From Bigelowiella natans CCMP2755 (taxonomy: Eukaryota > Protista > Cercozoa), in the NCBI GenBank assembly GCA_000320545.1, contig ADNK01002453.1, forward strand, positions 1-53,656: a stretch of 53,656 bases of DNA, given 5' to 3'. The notes below the pieces were generated by a model. It did no database searches. It was given only the letters and a program-made list of their open reading frames with translations, and had not been told where the DNA came from. The translations under genes were made by a program, and so were the position numbers. Below, one piece after another: positions 12,706-25,822 of the stretch (its first letter is position 1; every line of letters starts with the position of its first letter).

Positions 12706-14212
12706 ATGGTGAAACGCCGTTTATTAATGAAGATATTGGCCTCTGAATTGTGAAAATGACAGATTCACCCCGTCCTCCGTGCTCCATTGGGAACTAAGCG
12801 AACTACTCAGCTGGAACGGAACCTACAAGCCCCAGTTATTATGGAACCGGAAAGAGAAAGCACTGTTTCCTCATGCAAAGGAATCGTTCTCGTTATTTTA
12901 GGGTATGCCCCGAAAACAAGACTCTTGTGCAATGTAATCATGTAATTCCCCTAAAGTTTTTCCCGCCTGCTGTCTATCAGAATATGTCTCTGCGCCTTCA
13001 CTAGAGCATACGAATATCATCTACTCCAATATTATCCGGTCGTCCAACTGCAATTAGGAAAATCAATAGCCATGGTAGTCTTCTCTCTATCAACTCAACA
13101 AATATTTACGAGATTAAATGGCAACCTTGCGAATAGAAATGATCGCGAGCTCCTCCTTCTTCAGAGCAGCTTTATGGCAGCTTACTCACTGTTCAAATTA
13201 TACGCATTTTCAAATCTGCGATTCGATGAATGTTCGGCAGTGATATACACCTTTCCAGTATGGACAACATGGATGAGCTTTTACTTTAGAGGCGAAGGAA
13301 TAAATGTCTCAAATGCTACGCTACAGATCCTAAATATTCTAGCTGTTGTGCTAATCGTGGACCCTTTGAAGCTCTGGGGAGAGGAACAACAACAATTCTT
13401 ACGTACTCTGCTCGGTCTTGCTATGGCAGTTGCATCAGTACTGTGTTTTTCTATGCAACTTTTTGTGATGAGGTTTACAGGCCCTTCCATCCAATGGTGT
13501 ACCTGTGAGCTCTATGCAGGGTATGTTTCCGATCAGAATAAGAGCGAAACGAAGTCTTGCGATTAGAATAAATATTCAATAATCTAATAGTCAATAGTCG
13601 ATAGATAATAAGTTTCGTTATACTATTCATACATTCATACATTAAATTTTTATCCATCTAATAAATATTTCGGGTTTCGGGTAGGCTCGTTTGGGCAGCA
13701 ATTCTTTGTCCACTGGCTGCACTTGGTCAATATTTATTTGACTACCCCGATAGTTTTTTATGGGAGCATATTTGGGTTGATCTTAAAGTCATCGATACTG
13801 CAAGTATTACTGTGATGGGGATGGGAACATTTATCTCTTTTGGACTAATAAATGAAGGGATTAAGCTTGCCCCCGTTGCACCGGCTGCATTTTGTTTCCT
13901 AATGGGTTTACCCCTAACCTTCGTTCTCCAATATCTAATCTTTGGACAAAGCCCGGTATGAATAATTATGATATCTTCCTAGGCTAAGTCAAAAACTATT
14001 CTAGAACTCGAATCTAACCAAATAAAAATTTGTTACATTTTGTAACTTATTAGGACGTTCTCGGATGGGTTGGTATGAGTACATTAATGGCAAGTGACTT
14101 ACTGATTGGACATACAAACAAGCATCCTACATTGACCGCTCAGCATCGCTCGGCATCTTCAACGCAACAAACTATGTCCGTACATATGGACTCGATTGAA
14201 GTCAACACATGA
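12706..14212 (+). CDS. EamA/DMT-family (SLC35G-like) multi-pass transporter
   Basis: Exons at about 12763-12902, 12957-13520, 13685-13955 and 14054-14212 encode about 10 hydrophobic helices with DMT-type segments (AVIYTFPVWTTWMSFYFRGE; LTFVLQYLIFGQSP-DVLGWVG). The start is either ATG 12706 (ATG|gtgaaa) or ATG 12841. Confidence 0.8.
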
Positions 14213-15100
14213 CTAGATCAAGTGAGCATGCATACTAGCATATCAATCGATATAACAAAGCTACAACGTCTCTACCTCATCGTCACCTGAGCTGCCCATG
14301 TGTGCACACATGTAAAATAATGTCACACTGGACGGCTTTACAGATGGGTTTGCTAGCCTGCACTTTTTGTGTGACACGCAACTTCTAGACATTGCAGTGT
14401 GGACGTTTACCAATCGATCGCCTTCCCCGGTGCTACCTAACTGCGCACACACAACTTGCATCACAATGCTGATGTGACAATCGCAGCCTCTAGGCCCTGT
14501 TGCTTAGCTAGTCACACAAGCTAGCAAGGCGCAGCGCCCTGCATGCGATTTTTAGCATGAGCTAGCTAGCTACTAGTGAGATGGCTAGATAGATGCATGT
14601 ATGTCGCCTGCGCGCACGAATTCGACACACAATGCACAGGTAGCTAGAAAGCTAGACGGGAGTGCAATTGATCAAATCAAATTTGTTTAATGGTCATCCT
14701 CATGGCAGGTGAGCGTGCGACGACAATTTGAATCTCAGCTTGACCCACTCACCACAGCAACGACGACTAGACGAGCCTACTAGCTAGTTAGCAAGCTAGT
14801 GCATTCTTGTTGCATCTAAAAAATTGGACAATGACAAAATGGACAGTGTTGTCATTTGGCACAAGCTAGCATTGCAAGCCATTGAACTAGGCAAGCTTGC
14901 TTTCAACAGGTCTAGACGTGCTAGGGTGCTTTGAATGGCAAAACGATGGAACTTTAGAGAGACGTCTAGAAAACGCGCTCACAGTTGCGTTCTTCGTTTG
15001 TTGTGGATCGATGCGCACAACATAGATCATCGCTAGATCGTAGCTAGCTAGCTAGCGACCTATTTCTCTAGTCTCTGATTTGGGCGCGAATGCATGCTTG
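14213..15100. other. CTAG/CATG/TGCA-rich tract 2, between the converging EamA and KH genes
   Basis: About 25 CTAG by eye; gctagctagc at 14561-14570 and (tagc)4 at 15041-15056. Confidence 0.85.
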
Positions 15101-15439
15101 GTGAGGGAGCCATATTTCTTGTGCGTGGAATTCGTGTTACAATTAAAGTAGGGAAGCACGTTATAAATGCTGACAGCATGGAAGATATTTATGACTTATT
15201 ATTGGCTTCACAATGTAAGGAAGTAACGTAGTCATACGAAATCTCCGACAGCAAATGCCGTTTCTTATTTTGACAAGCACCAAGATTATAAAATCAGATT
15301 GATTGTTTAGTCTCGGTACATTGTCCTTGGGTCATCAAAATGGGGTGTTGTGATTAATGTCACTAGCATGAACACAAATCATCGCACGACCCACTATCAT
15401 TCATATCATCAAGGGAACAGAAGAGTCGTTTCATCCATA

Positions 15440-16150
15440 TCCACCATATATTTATCCATTGGACAAGACAGTAGCAGCGAATCGGCAGTAGCAGTCGATG
15501 TTTGATATCATCATCACCATCATCATCAATCAATCGATCATCAATCAATCAATCCATCACAAAGTCGTAGCAGTAAGTAGCAGCAGTCAATCAGTAGTAG
15601 CAACGTAGTAGTAGCAGCAGCATCGGGAACGAATCGACGGAACGAATGATGAACATCACCACCACAAGAAGAGAAGCATCCACATCCACATCCACATCCA
15701 CCACCACCATCAGTGGGATAGTCATAGTAGCAGGAGCAGCGTAATCATTATCATCATCAATCATCCATCATACGAAGAAGATGTATGTCCATAATGATAG
15801 ATAGCAGCATCAGCAGCAGAGGCACCATCAGCAGGCAGCACCAATGAATCATGAACGATATAATAACAACACAACAACAACAACAACAACAACAACAAAC
15901 AACACAACGCACAGACCAGATCATCACCATGATACATTCAGACAAAAACGATTTTGAAAAGCTATTTGGGATAAATTAAGATGTATTCTTCGGGTGTTGG
16001 TTAGTGGTGTTTTGTAGTGTGCTGGTTTTCAATATCTCCAGTGTAAAAGCATAATCTCCCATTTACATTTATCTTTCGTTCATCTCCCTATCTTCACAAA
16101 CACACCCGCACCCGCACACGCACCCGCACACGCACACGCACGCTACGCTA
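15440..16150. repeat. Compound simple-repeat region downstream of the KH gene (probable 3' UTR)
   Basis: Runs of (cat), (tcaa), (gtagca), (catcca), (caa) and (cgcacc/cgcaca). Confidence 0.8.
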
Positions 16151-16187
16151 CAGCTAATTTGTCGAGTCGACCTCTCATCCTCCTTCT

Positions 16188-19100
16188 CTAGGATTTCTGA
16201 TCATAACCACTATATCCCCCGTAGGAGCTCCCTCCCCCCGCTTGTTGGTTGTAGCTGCTCCCTCCTGAATAGCTGTTTCCTCCTCCACCGTATCCCCCAC
16301 CACTGCTGTAGCCGCCACCACTACTATACTGTTTATGGTACAAGAAAAGCTCGTTAGGGTATTAGTAAAAGTATTAGTATTTGTATTTGTATTTGTATTT
16401 GTATTCGTAGGGATGTTATATCTCAGCTATAGTCTCCTTTCCAACAAATGGGACATATACTCTTTATATCCATCATCATGATCATTATCATCGTCAACAA
16501 CACCATCGCCGCTCGTAACAAATAAACGTGGAGGTCGTTCGTTCGTTCGTAGGTTCGTTGTTTGTCGCAGTAGTAGTAGTAGTAGTAGTAGTAGTCGTCG
16601 TCGTACCTGTCCGCCTCCATAGCCCCCACTGTTTCCATACCCACCGCTACCACCACCATATCCCCCCCCGCCGCCGTATCCGCCGCCGTATCCGCCACCA
16701 CCATAACCTCCTATTCATCCATCACCATATCGAGTATCATTACAACAGCAACAACATTGGCCAGTACATGCGTGCTATACGGCTTCAATGGGTACCCTCC
16801 CTTTGTCTTTAGTATTGCCATTGTAGTTATAATTATGAGTAATACTATTACCGCTGTTTCCATAGCCTCCACCTCCTCCATAGCCGCCACCACCGTATCC
16901 TCCTCCTCCGCCTCCATATCCTCCATATCCACCTCGGCCGCCATAGCCGCCGCCGCCATATCTGTTACTTTAGGTAGCAGCAAAAGGAGATTTAGTTCAC
17001 TAATTGGGAAGCGAAAAACACGATGCAATTGCAACTCGTAGACTTTCTTTGATTATTGTGTGTGCTAGTAATTGTGTGGGAAAAAAAATAGTAAAATAGA
17101 AAATGCTGCCAAGCTAAGCAAGAAGACTCTCATCTCAACGTTTTCTCCGTCAGTCGTTTCTACTTCTACTTACTTTTGGTAGCCCCCGCCGGACATTGGA
17201 ATCCCGGTGCTGAGTGAGAGGGCGCTAGACGGGTTCGTCATGATGCCGCGCACAAGCTCGACAGCAGCATCCACAGCCTGTATGATCGTATTAGAAAAAG
17301 CTCAAGAGTTTTTTCCTTGTAGTTAGGCAGGGTGTAATCACAACGTGATGTGGCAATTGCGTAAGTTTGCTGCATCTCTTGTCCGACCTGTTGCGTGCCC
17401 GAAATCATGATTTTCCTTGGCTGGCCTGGTGGCATGCTCTGATCAATCTAATTAGTGGACGATAGGGGAAAATGCAAGAACAACAATGCGGGAAGATATG
17501 TTACGAAGATGGTCTAATGACGACCCAATATAAGACTGGTGTATGACAACCAAAATCCTTTCGAATTACAATTGCATAAGAGGGGTAGTAAAGCGAAGCT
17601 GCCATCATCCCCATATCGATACTCTACACAGTCGAGAAGAGATGAACTGAAGGACATGACAAATATTTCCGCCGCCTCCTCCCCTTTCTCTTCCTTTGGG
17701 TGGAATTATTACCTGCACTTTAGAACCACTTTTGTTCTGAATGGCGTTGATTGTCTCTCCCTTTCGCCCGATGATACGACCTAGGAGTGATGGAGGAAAC
17801 GGTAAAGTATAAGGCAATATGTGCAATAGACGGGTTTAAAAACAGCACGGCCGTATGTAAAGTATGCTGCGTGCATATCGATCAAGGCGATGACAGGAAA
17901 GATACGATGAAGCACAAGACAATGTTTCACTTCTATTTGCCATACACTTTTCCTCTCGCCTCTTTCTTTTCCTACGAATACTGTTTTAATACTACCAACG
18001 AGGCCAGGATCACAATCCAGAGTCTTGGAGTATCCGCCATTCGCACCTTCATTTTAACGACATAGAGTGAGCATAAGCAATCATTCTAGTAATAGTTTTC
18101 CTATGCATTCATTTAACATTCTTTCTCTTTATTTGCTCTTTCTCTCTTTATATCATCACCGACGGTCGCCGATGCCACACCGCCCGCTGCACCCGTAGGA
18201 GCTGCGCCTGTATTAAAGATTTCGACATAACGACGACACGATGTGAGCGAAATCCGTTGATGTTGATAATAATGACGGTACAAATGATTAACGCAACAAT
18301 GATCATCCCCTATTTCACTGCTAGCAACTAAACAGATGTGGATAGTACAAATAAACTAATATATGACATCTACCTCCCATGCCGAAACCAGCAGAACGAG
18401 GGGGGCCGTTCTCCATGACTTCATGAATCTTTGAAAGACCAAGACGGAGAGTGAGAAACAAAGAGAGACGTAATGCTATTTTCGAAATCATGAATGAAAT
18501 GCGCGCTGCTGCAAAACTAAGATCAATGCATCCTTTCCACTGCTCCCCTTCCAGTCCTCTTTCGAGTATACAAAAACTGTTAAAAAATCTTCTGTTGGTA
18601 CCGCTTTGACAGCAGCAGCGATGAGAGATTGGGGCCCTGCAACAGAGATTTTCCTTGGCACTCCCTGGGGATAGTTCTGGTCGATTTGGATGCGACACCC
18701 AGTCCTGATTATGTGTACAAGATATAATTACATAAATAAATTCAAATCCATAAATGAAAATGCAAAACATGGTGCGTGTGAGCATTCGTTTCGGGAATCA
18801 TTACGTGTTTTGGAGCATTGAGATTGTTTCTCCACCACGTCCAATGACTCTTCCCACAAGGTGGGGAGGGCACTCGAAGGTCTGCGTGAGCTCAGGACCA
18901 GTGCCAGTTGGAGCTACGACTGCTAGGAAAAATAAATGGAGAGAGAAAGAGAAAAGAGAGGGGAAGACAGAGAGAAATCAGCATCCTCGTGAACACCGTG
19001 AAGAGATTACAGATCAGCAGCTGACCCTGTGCAGGCGTAGATGGTTGCTCCTGCAGTGATCAATAATAAGATTCAAATTAGTAAATTATTATCTTCGCAC

Positions 19101-19282
19101 AATTTGTTATGATGATGGTGAAAAGGATTTAGTTCTCACGCACGTTAGGAGGGCCGTTGTGCATCGTATCGGTGATAATCTTGATAGCCTCCTCCATCTT
19201 TTAACAATTAAATACACGCATGTAAGGCCAAAGGAGGGACAAGACGTATTAATTTGGCACGCCATTTTTTACCACGGGAATA

Positions 19283-19316
<34 letters not shown>

Positions 19317-20649
19317 CGTGTGTTTGTACAACAAAATCGTCTGCAGGATAGGTTTTACTATACCAGATTCGGTGCTCCGATGAGCTGAATCTTTCTTGGT
19401 TGACCTGAAATATATAATTTCGGTGTAAGAAATATGTCTTCGTCTATTCCTTTTATTCTAATCTCAACGGTCACATGAGCACTCAACCAACCAGGAGGAT
19501 AATTCTGGTCGATTTGCAGGCGACAGTTCGTTTTTTGCTCGAGCCATCTGATCGTGGCACCTTGCCTGTGTATTTTCCATACATGTTTTTCATCAGTCAG
19601 CAACCCCATACTATTTTTTGAGTCTTCATATTCGCCATTGCGCGTAGTAACTAAGGTGCGATGCTTTACCTTCCGATGACACGCCCAACAAGAGGAGCAG
19701 GGCAGTCAAGTACCTGAGTTGCCTGTATACGGCACATTTTGTCAAAGGGTGAGACCAGAAAGCTTTGGTGTGAGTCTACTCTTAATTACGATGCGTAAAT
19801 ATGAATATCTACATGGTTGGATTACCTGGCCATCCGCCATTATCTGCACAGGAGTGACTTTTGCTTCAATGATGTTAATCACTTGGGTACTGGTGGTTCC
19901 CGGAAGACCTTCGATCTTTTTTTCTTCGACAGTTTCCTCAACAGCTGCCCCACCGCCTTCAGCTCCAGCACCAAGATCAAGAACGATCTTTGGTGCTGAG
20001 CTATCCTCCTGATTCATAATATATTGACTTGTCAGCGAGCATTTACTAAGAAGACCTTTTGCTGTTGCTCATAGACATAAGAAATAAAAGAACTACTTCT
20101 GATACATAATCGTACTGAGAAAATATATGGGATTGGTTTCTGCTATCTAGACTTTGAGTGCCAACGCTCACAGCAATCTTCAATAACCTTCGTGTCTTCT
20201 GAGGCCTCCGCTGCTACCTCCGCAGGAGCATCTTCAGTTTTCTGTTTAGCCTCTTTCGTGTTCGCTTCTGCCTCGTCCTCATCACGTCCACGTTTCCTCG
20301 ATGAAGCATCGGTCTCCTTTACTTCTGCAATGTAAAAGTACATTATTCTTTTTTCAATGAAATTTCGCATGATTTTAATTTGCGACGAAGGCTATTAAAG
20401 TAGATTAAAATTTTCTTGTGTTCTTTCTGTAAGGTTTTCGGAAAGATATTGCATAACCATGTAATCATTCATATTGATTTTTAAGAAGTCTACCTTCAGC
20501 TGGAGGGACAGTCTCTGCTTCTGTCGTCTCCGTGGCCGTGGCCTGTGTTCGAAAGAGGTGTTAATATTCGATGTGCAAAAGCTTGTCTGTTAGTGACTAT
20601 ATTTAAAAATTACGGTTGCTTCGGTGGTAGGCTTAGTTTCTTCGCTCAT
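16188..20649 (-). CDS. RNA-binding protein with three KH domains (FUBP/KHSRP-like) and a Gly/Tyr/Arg-rich low-complexity tail
   Basis: Three spliced GxxG KH repeats: LDCPAPLVGRVIG..QGATIRWLEQKTNCRLQIDQ, FECPPHLVGRVIGRGGETISMLQ and LDCDPGLVGRIIGRKGETINAIQNKSGSKVQIDQ. The N-terminus is acidic (MSEETKP) and the tail ends YGGYSGYDQKS*. Confidence 0.9.
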
Positions 20650-21117
20650 CTCCGTTCGATCCTTTTTAAAAAAATAAAATAATGAAGCGAATAGCTTATT
20701 GCTGCAACGAGGGGGAGAGGGAGGAACCTTCTGCGGGCGGTTTGATGAATGTGTGGTAAGACTTAAGCGATATACAAGAAACACATTCACAGCTGAATTA
20801 TTTCAATAAAAGTAACTATATAATTGTCGTATAATATAAATAGAATCCATTTTACTATAATAAAAGGAAAAATTCTATCATCCGTAGAGTGCGCGAAAGG
20901 TGAAAGTAGAGAACAGAGGATATTTTAATCTAATTCTCCCTTCGATGCTAGTCGTTACTTATAAATTCTAATCACAAATGTCGCGCACCAAAAACGTCAT
21001 CTATTTCACAAAATATTGTGATTACTTTACGATTTAGAATATTTTTTATTGTCGCAGTACTAATTACCAATTCCTTTCCTTGCGTCAGCCTCCAATTCGA
21101 ATGGCCGACGTGAGCAG
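20650..21117. promoter_or_regulatory. Head-to-head promoter gap (KH/LYRM2) with TGTCG motifs
   Basis: 468 bp between divergent ATGs. TGTCG at 20825, 20979 and 21050. Confidence 0.65.
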
Positions 21118-21761
21118 ATGTCTAGGCTGAAAAACATCCCGTCGTTGAAGGCGTTCATGATGCGCAACGAGGTTCGCTCCTTTCCAATATGCCCCAAATA
21201 TCTGTCTCATAATCTATATCATATTGCAATTGCATATGTGGCGTATTCATGGCACTCAATTGAATGTGGGCATTATGAAAGGTTTTAGGCCTTTATCGTG
21301 ACATCGTGCGGATGTCGAAGAGGTTGCCTGAGACGGATCGTGAGCAAACCTTAGAGTTTGCAAGGTAGAATTCGAAGAAAGAAGTACGTGATATACCACC
21401 CAACGGTTAAAATTTGGTGTATGGTGGAAAGGAGCCAGTTCGTTTCATACAAAAACCTCGAAGAAAGGCACCAGATCAGATACCTTCTCATGGAGGTACT
21501 TTAATCTCAATGTATTTATTTGAAATTAACTTCTACATACTTTTCAAAACAACCTTTCTCGGTGCCAGTGCAGATTTTTGATGAAGATACATGCTTCGCG
21601 TGTTTTTTCACTGCTACAAGCATCTACCTAACCTCCCCTCCCCAGTTAATTTGGACGGGCGCTCAGCTTGCACTAGCTCATTTTTTTGTATTCCTTGTGC
21701 ACGTGTGAAGGGGAGGTCTCAACTAGAAAGATATCAAACTGCGCTGGATCAAGCCATGTAA
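21118..21761 (+). CDS. LYRM2: LYR-motif protein (Complex1_LYR), LYRM2-like, 4 exons
   Basis: The spliced product MSRLKNIPSLKAFMMRNE|VLGLYRDIVRMSKRLPETDREQTLEFAR|SQFVSYKNLEERHQIRYLLME|GRSQLERYQTALDQAM* contains LYR and the conserved downstream R-x-x-F. Confidence 0.85.
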
Positions 21762-22119
21762 TTATATCCGGGTAACTTCGCACACTGTGCACCTGGCCTT
21801 CAATTCAATTCAGATCGCAGGAAGCACATATATATATGATAGAGTAGCAGACAGAGTTTCGCCAGCACCAGTCTTGGTGTTTATTCAAGGCCCTAGAGAC
21901 TGTGCGTTGTTCTATAAAAGAAAGAGCTTGTAGATTAAATTACTCCCATAGTAGCAATAGAAGTTTCCAAAAAAATTATGAGGCGTGGTGTGAGACCTAT
22001 TCTCGTAATAATAGGGCACGAATCCTATCGTCCTGTTCGATCTGTCTACATGACAAGTCATCGCAGCATGATTCATAAGGTTTCGTTTGTGATTTTCCAG
22101 TTTTGCGGAAAATTCACGT

Positions 22120-22915
22120 GAGAGAGCGCATGATTGCGAGATCAAGTGAGCGCGCAGTTCAAGGCAAAATCAAAAGCGCGTTGTTCAGCGTGCATTTTGT
22201 TCAGCGTGCATGGTCATGCAAGCGTGAGCTCTAGCAGTGCTGCATGCCAAGGACTACATCGGCTAGTCAGCAGGCCAGCCGGGCAGAACGGACAACGTGC
22301 AATGGAATGCATTGTTTGTGCATGTGTGGTGCAGTTTCACATGGAATCAAAATCAAAGCGAAAACCCACACGCCACAGCTCTGTTAAACCTGTAACGAAT
22401 CGCCAGAACATGCATTTGGAAGCTTCATTTGCGCGCGACCAAGCGCGTTGTGTGATGTGATGGACATTGGATTTGCTCGCATTTCTTTGAAAGTTTTCGT
22501 GCATGTCACACTTGGTCAAACACACGCGCTGAAGCATTCAAAACGTGGCAGAGCTAGAACAAACGCGCAGCGTGCATCCTCTGCACAACGGGTGTGAATT
22601 TTCACACTTTGCGCGCTCACTGAGGCCTTGAAAATGGACATTTGGGTCAACATTTGGGTCAATTTTTGAGTTTTGGCCATCGGACAAGTTCAGATGACTT
22701 TCCTTTGACCAACTGCAACTGCCTGCTGCTTCAAAGCGCGTCGCAAAGCGCTGCACTGTTCACAACCCCGTCGTTACCGGGTTTGACGGAGCTGTGGCAT
22801 GCCATGTGTGGCAGCATGCACAATGTCAGTTGCAGTCATGAGTTGTAGTTCGTCAAGCTTTCACTTTTAACTGCACATGCTAGCTAGCATGGGTGGCATC
22901 AGCATAATCTAAGCA
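22120..22915. other. CATG/TGCA/GCGC/CTAG-rich tract 3, between the converging LYRM2 and SET genes
   Basis: Dense GCATG/TGCA/GCGC, with a perfect palindrome catgctagctagcatg at 22876-22891. Confidence 0.7.
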
Positions 22916-22924
22916 ACATGATTC

Positions 22925-25356
22925 TCAAAGCACGGATCCTCTCTGCGTACTCCGAAATCTTTTGTTGTCGCTCTCATCACGGACGACATCGTCACCGTCT
23001 TCGCTCATGCTACAGTCCTCGCAGTCTTTATTCCTGCTCTCTTGTGTCTTGTAGTAGTCCAAATCCGTACATGTATTATGGCAAACAAATCAGACTTCCG
23101 AGCACGATTGAACGGCAAAACGAGCTTTACCTGAACCCCTTTCTCGGATGCATACTGTCCGTCGCCTCCTTGCGACCGATCAACCTACGTGAGTCAAATT
23201 CAGTAATGTTTAGAATTGTGTGAGAGAGATTACGGCGCCTACTCATTCAAAATACTAAATAACAACGAGAGTTACGATTAAGATTGAACCTGCGCAATCA
23301 GAGATGCTAGGATGGCACGTTGCGACCTACAAAATGAATTCGAATCAAAGTTCCTTCTCCGTTCCCCTTCCATCTCTCTCCCTCTCTCTCCCTTTCATAA
23401 TCTCTGCCTCACGAGAGCTCACGAGAGCATTGCAGCGAGAATACAAAACACGAGTGAATGTACGATACCTACGAAATAGAACCCCAGCGCGCTCTGCAAC
23501 GCTTTCTTCGGTGGCCATCCTTTCAAATCCATGTTCATTCAATCAAAATGCGTTTATCGTGGCAAGGCGATGTGCTTGGTTACCCGGTGCTGTTCGAAAT
23601 GACCAGATTTGACGTATCCCGAGCACTTTTCACGTTAATGCTCAGCCCTTTGATGTGCCGCTCCGCAATGTGGTATATCAGCTGAATCACATGCATCCTT
23701 TCTTACTCTGCACGGTGTAAAGTCGCGAAATGGTGATTGTTTTCAAATGAATGCAGAGGGGAAATCCTGTCCGCAAACTTATGCATTGTGTGTGCATATT
23801 AACATTCGCATGAACATTCATTCTTCCATACCCTTCTAGTTTCCATTGACATAATAGCGTTTGAGTCCGAAATGTGCATCTGCAAACGGCCATAATGCTC
23901 TCAATTATGCAACCGGGTGAGTCGCTACGCAGTGCTTGGTAAACACATATATCTCTTGGGTCCATCGATTAAACACACAATGCGAAGTACCAATTGGCTA
24001 GGGTGCTGAGGTGACTTGGCCTGCACTGCATATCTGCCGAGTGTAGAGTTACGAGTCGTATTATCTCGATCGATAATGAGCTGAGAGTGATCAAAGCAAG
24101 ATTTCAAGCTCCAACTATAAACAGTCTCAAATATGCTACCACCACCACACACGCAACACCAACGTACACAACTACGCACACGTTGACGAGCAAACATGGT
24201 TATATTATTAATAAACAAAAAATGAAAATATAAGAAAAGCAAAGGGATATCAGCTCTCAATGCAAATGAATTCAAAGCTGCGTTTTTTCATCATTACTCG
24301 TGTTGCGAGGCACAGAGCAGAAGACAAAAACCCTCCAGGCAATATCTGAACATAAGTATAATTCCGTGCATTTTCGGCCATGAGAAGGATCGATTTTGAT
24401 ATAACATAAAGAAGTATCCTCGCACCTCAAAGGGGGCTGCTTCATCGTAATCTAGCAAACGTGTTCTCTCTCTGATGTAGTCGGCAGCCTCGATCACGTA
24501 TTCGGTCCCGTAAACTTCTACCACTGTGTGAAGAAGACACGCTCTTGAGAATGCAAAATCATACATGGTAGCTGCGTATCTTGCTCATATTACTCGCATC
24601 GAGGAAGCTTTCTTTGGTGATGAATACCGTGTCGTACGGGTTCTGCCCTATAGTGTACATTCCAAATCGGTGTTAAGAAGTCGCATAGGCACAAACAAAG
24701 GGAAAAAGGATATCGTTGCGTTTTTTTGTAAATATCGAAACAGAAGTTGCATGTTTCTATCTCCTCTCACCCTCCATGGCAAACCCGTACTTGTACCTGT
24801 TATAACATATAAGAAAACACAATATTTTCAACCTCCCTTGGACGAATCAAGAAAGCAAGTGTTTGTTCTGTGTGCTCTCATTCTCATTATTTGGTGTATT
24901 ATACTAAAGCATGTTATTAATAGAAGTGAAATGAAGAAGTCATGTGTGGTATGGATACAGATATACGCACACAAGCTCCTCCGTGCTGAGAGGGCCGTAG
25001 CAGTTATGAATTTCTTCTCCTGACATCAAAAAGGCTCAGCACTCTGCAGTATTGCCTTCAACCACTTTCCACGCTATGTCATCATGATTTGTTTAGCTTT
25101 CTCGGATGTGTATTCAACGGTAAGTCAGTGCTACTCTCCTTACTATTCCTCACTAGTCAAACACCATCCGAGCACCTGCAGAGATGTTGGAAGCTGCGAG
25201 GATATGAATGTAGTGTGGATCGCTTTCATTGGTTACAAACTCGATTTGCAAAGCAAGCTCGGGTGAGTGTTTGGGCAGCCGGAGGACGTCAGCGATGAAG
25301 CTTCCACGCCTTTTCACAGTTCCGAATTCGTTAGTTGGCTTTGGCACTTGTTGGAG

Positions 25357-25392
<36 letters not shown>

Positions 25393-25775
25393 ATGTGTCT
25401 TATGTGCAGTATCAGTGTTACCTTAAAAGTTGTTGGTACAGTTGTCGATGTCCTTCTTGTCCGAAACCATCAAGCTCCAACGACTCCTGTAATGCACCGT
25501 CAGATAGGGGTGTCAATGATGTTTTTAATGCTAAAGATGATGCTATATACTTGCTCCTGAATATGCGAAAGTGTGAGTGTGCGTTGTGTGTTTGTGTATA
25601 CGCTTCATCAACAACCTACAAAAACGCACTCACAAATGAAACAAACCAAACACATGATTGCAGAATACAAATTACTGGAGGGCGCGGTGATATTATCGAC
25701 GATTGGCCATCTATTGCCTGGTCATCATTCATCTCGGATCGCCTGCACATGTGGCCAAACGAAGAAACTTAAATT

Positions 25776-25822
<47 letters not shown>

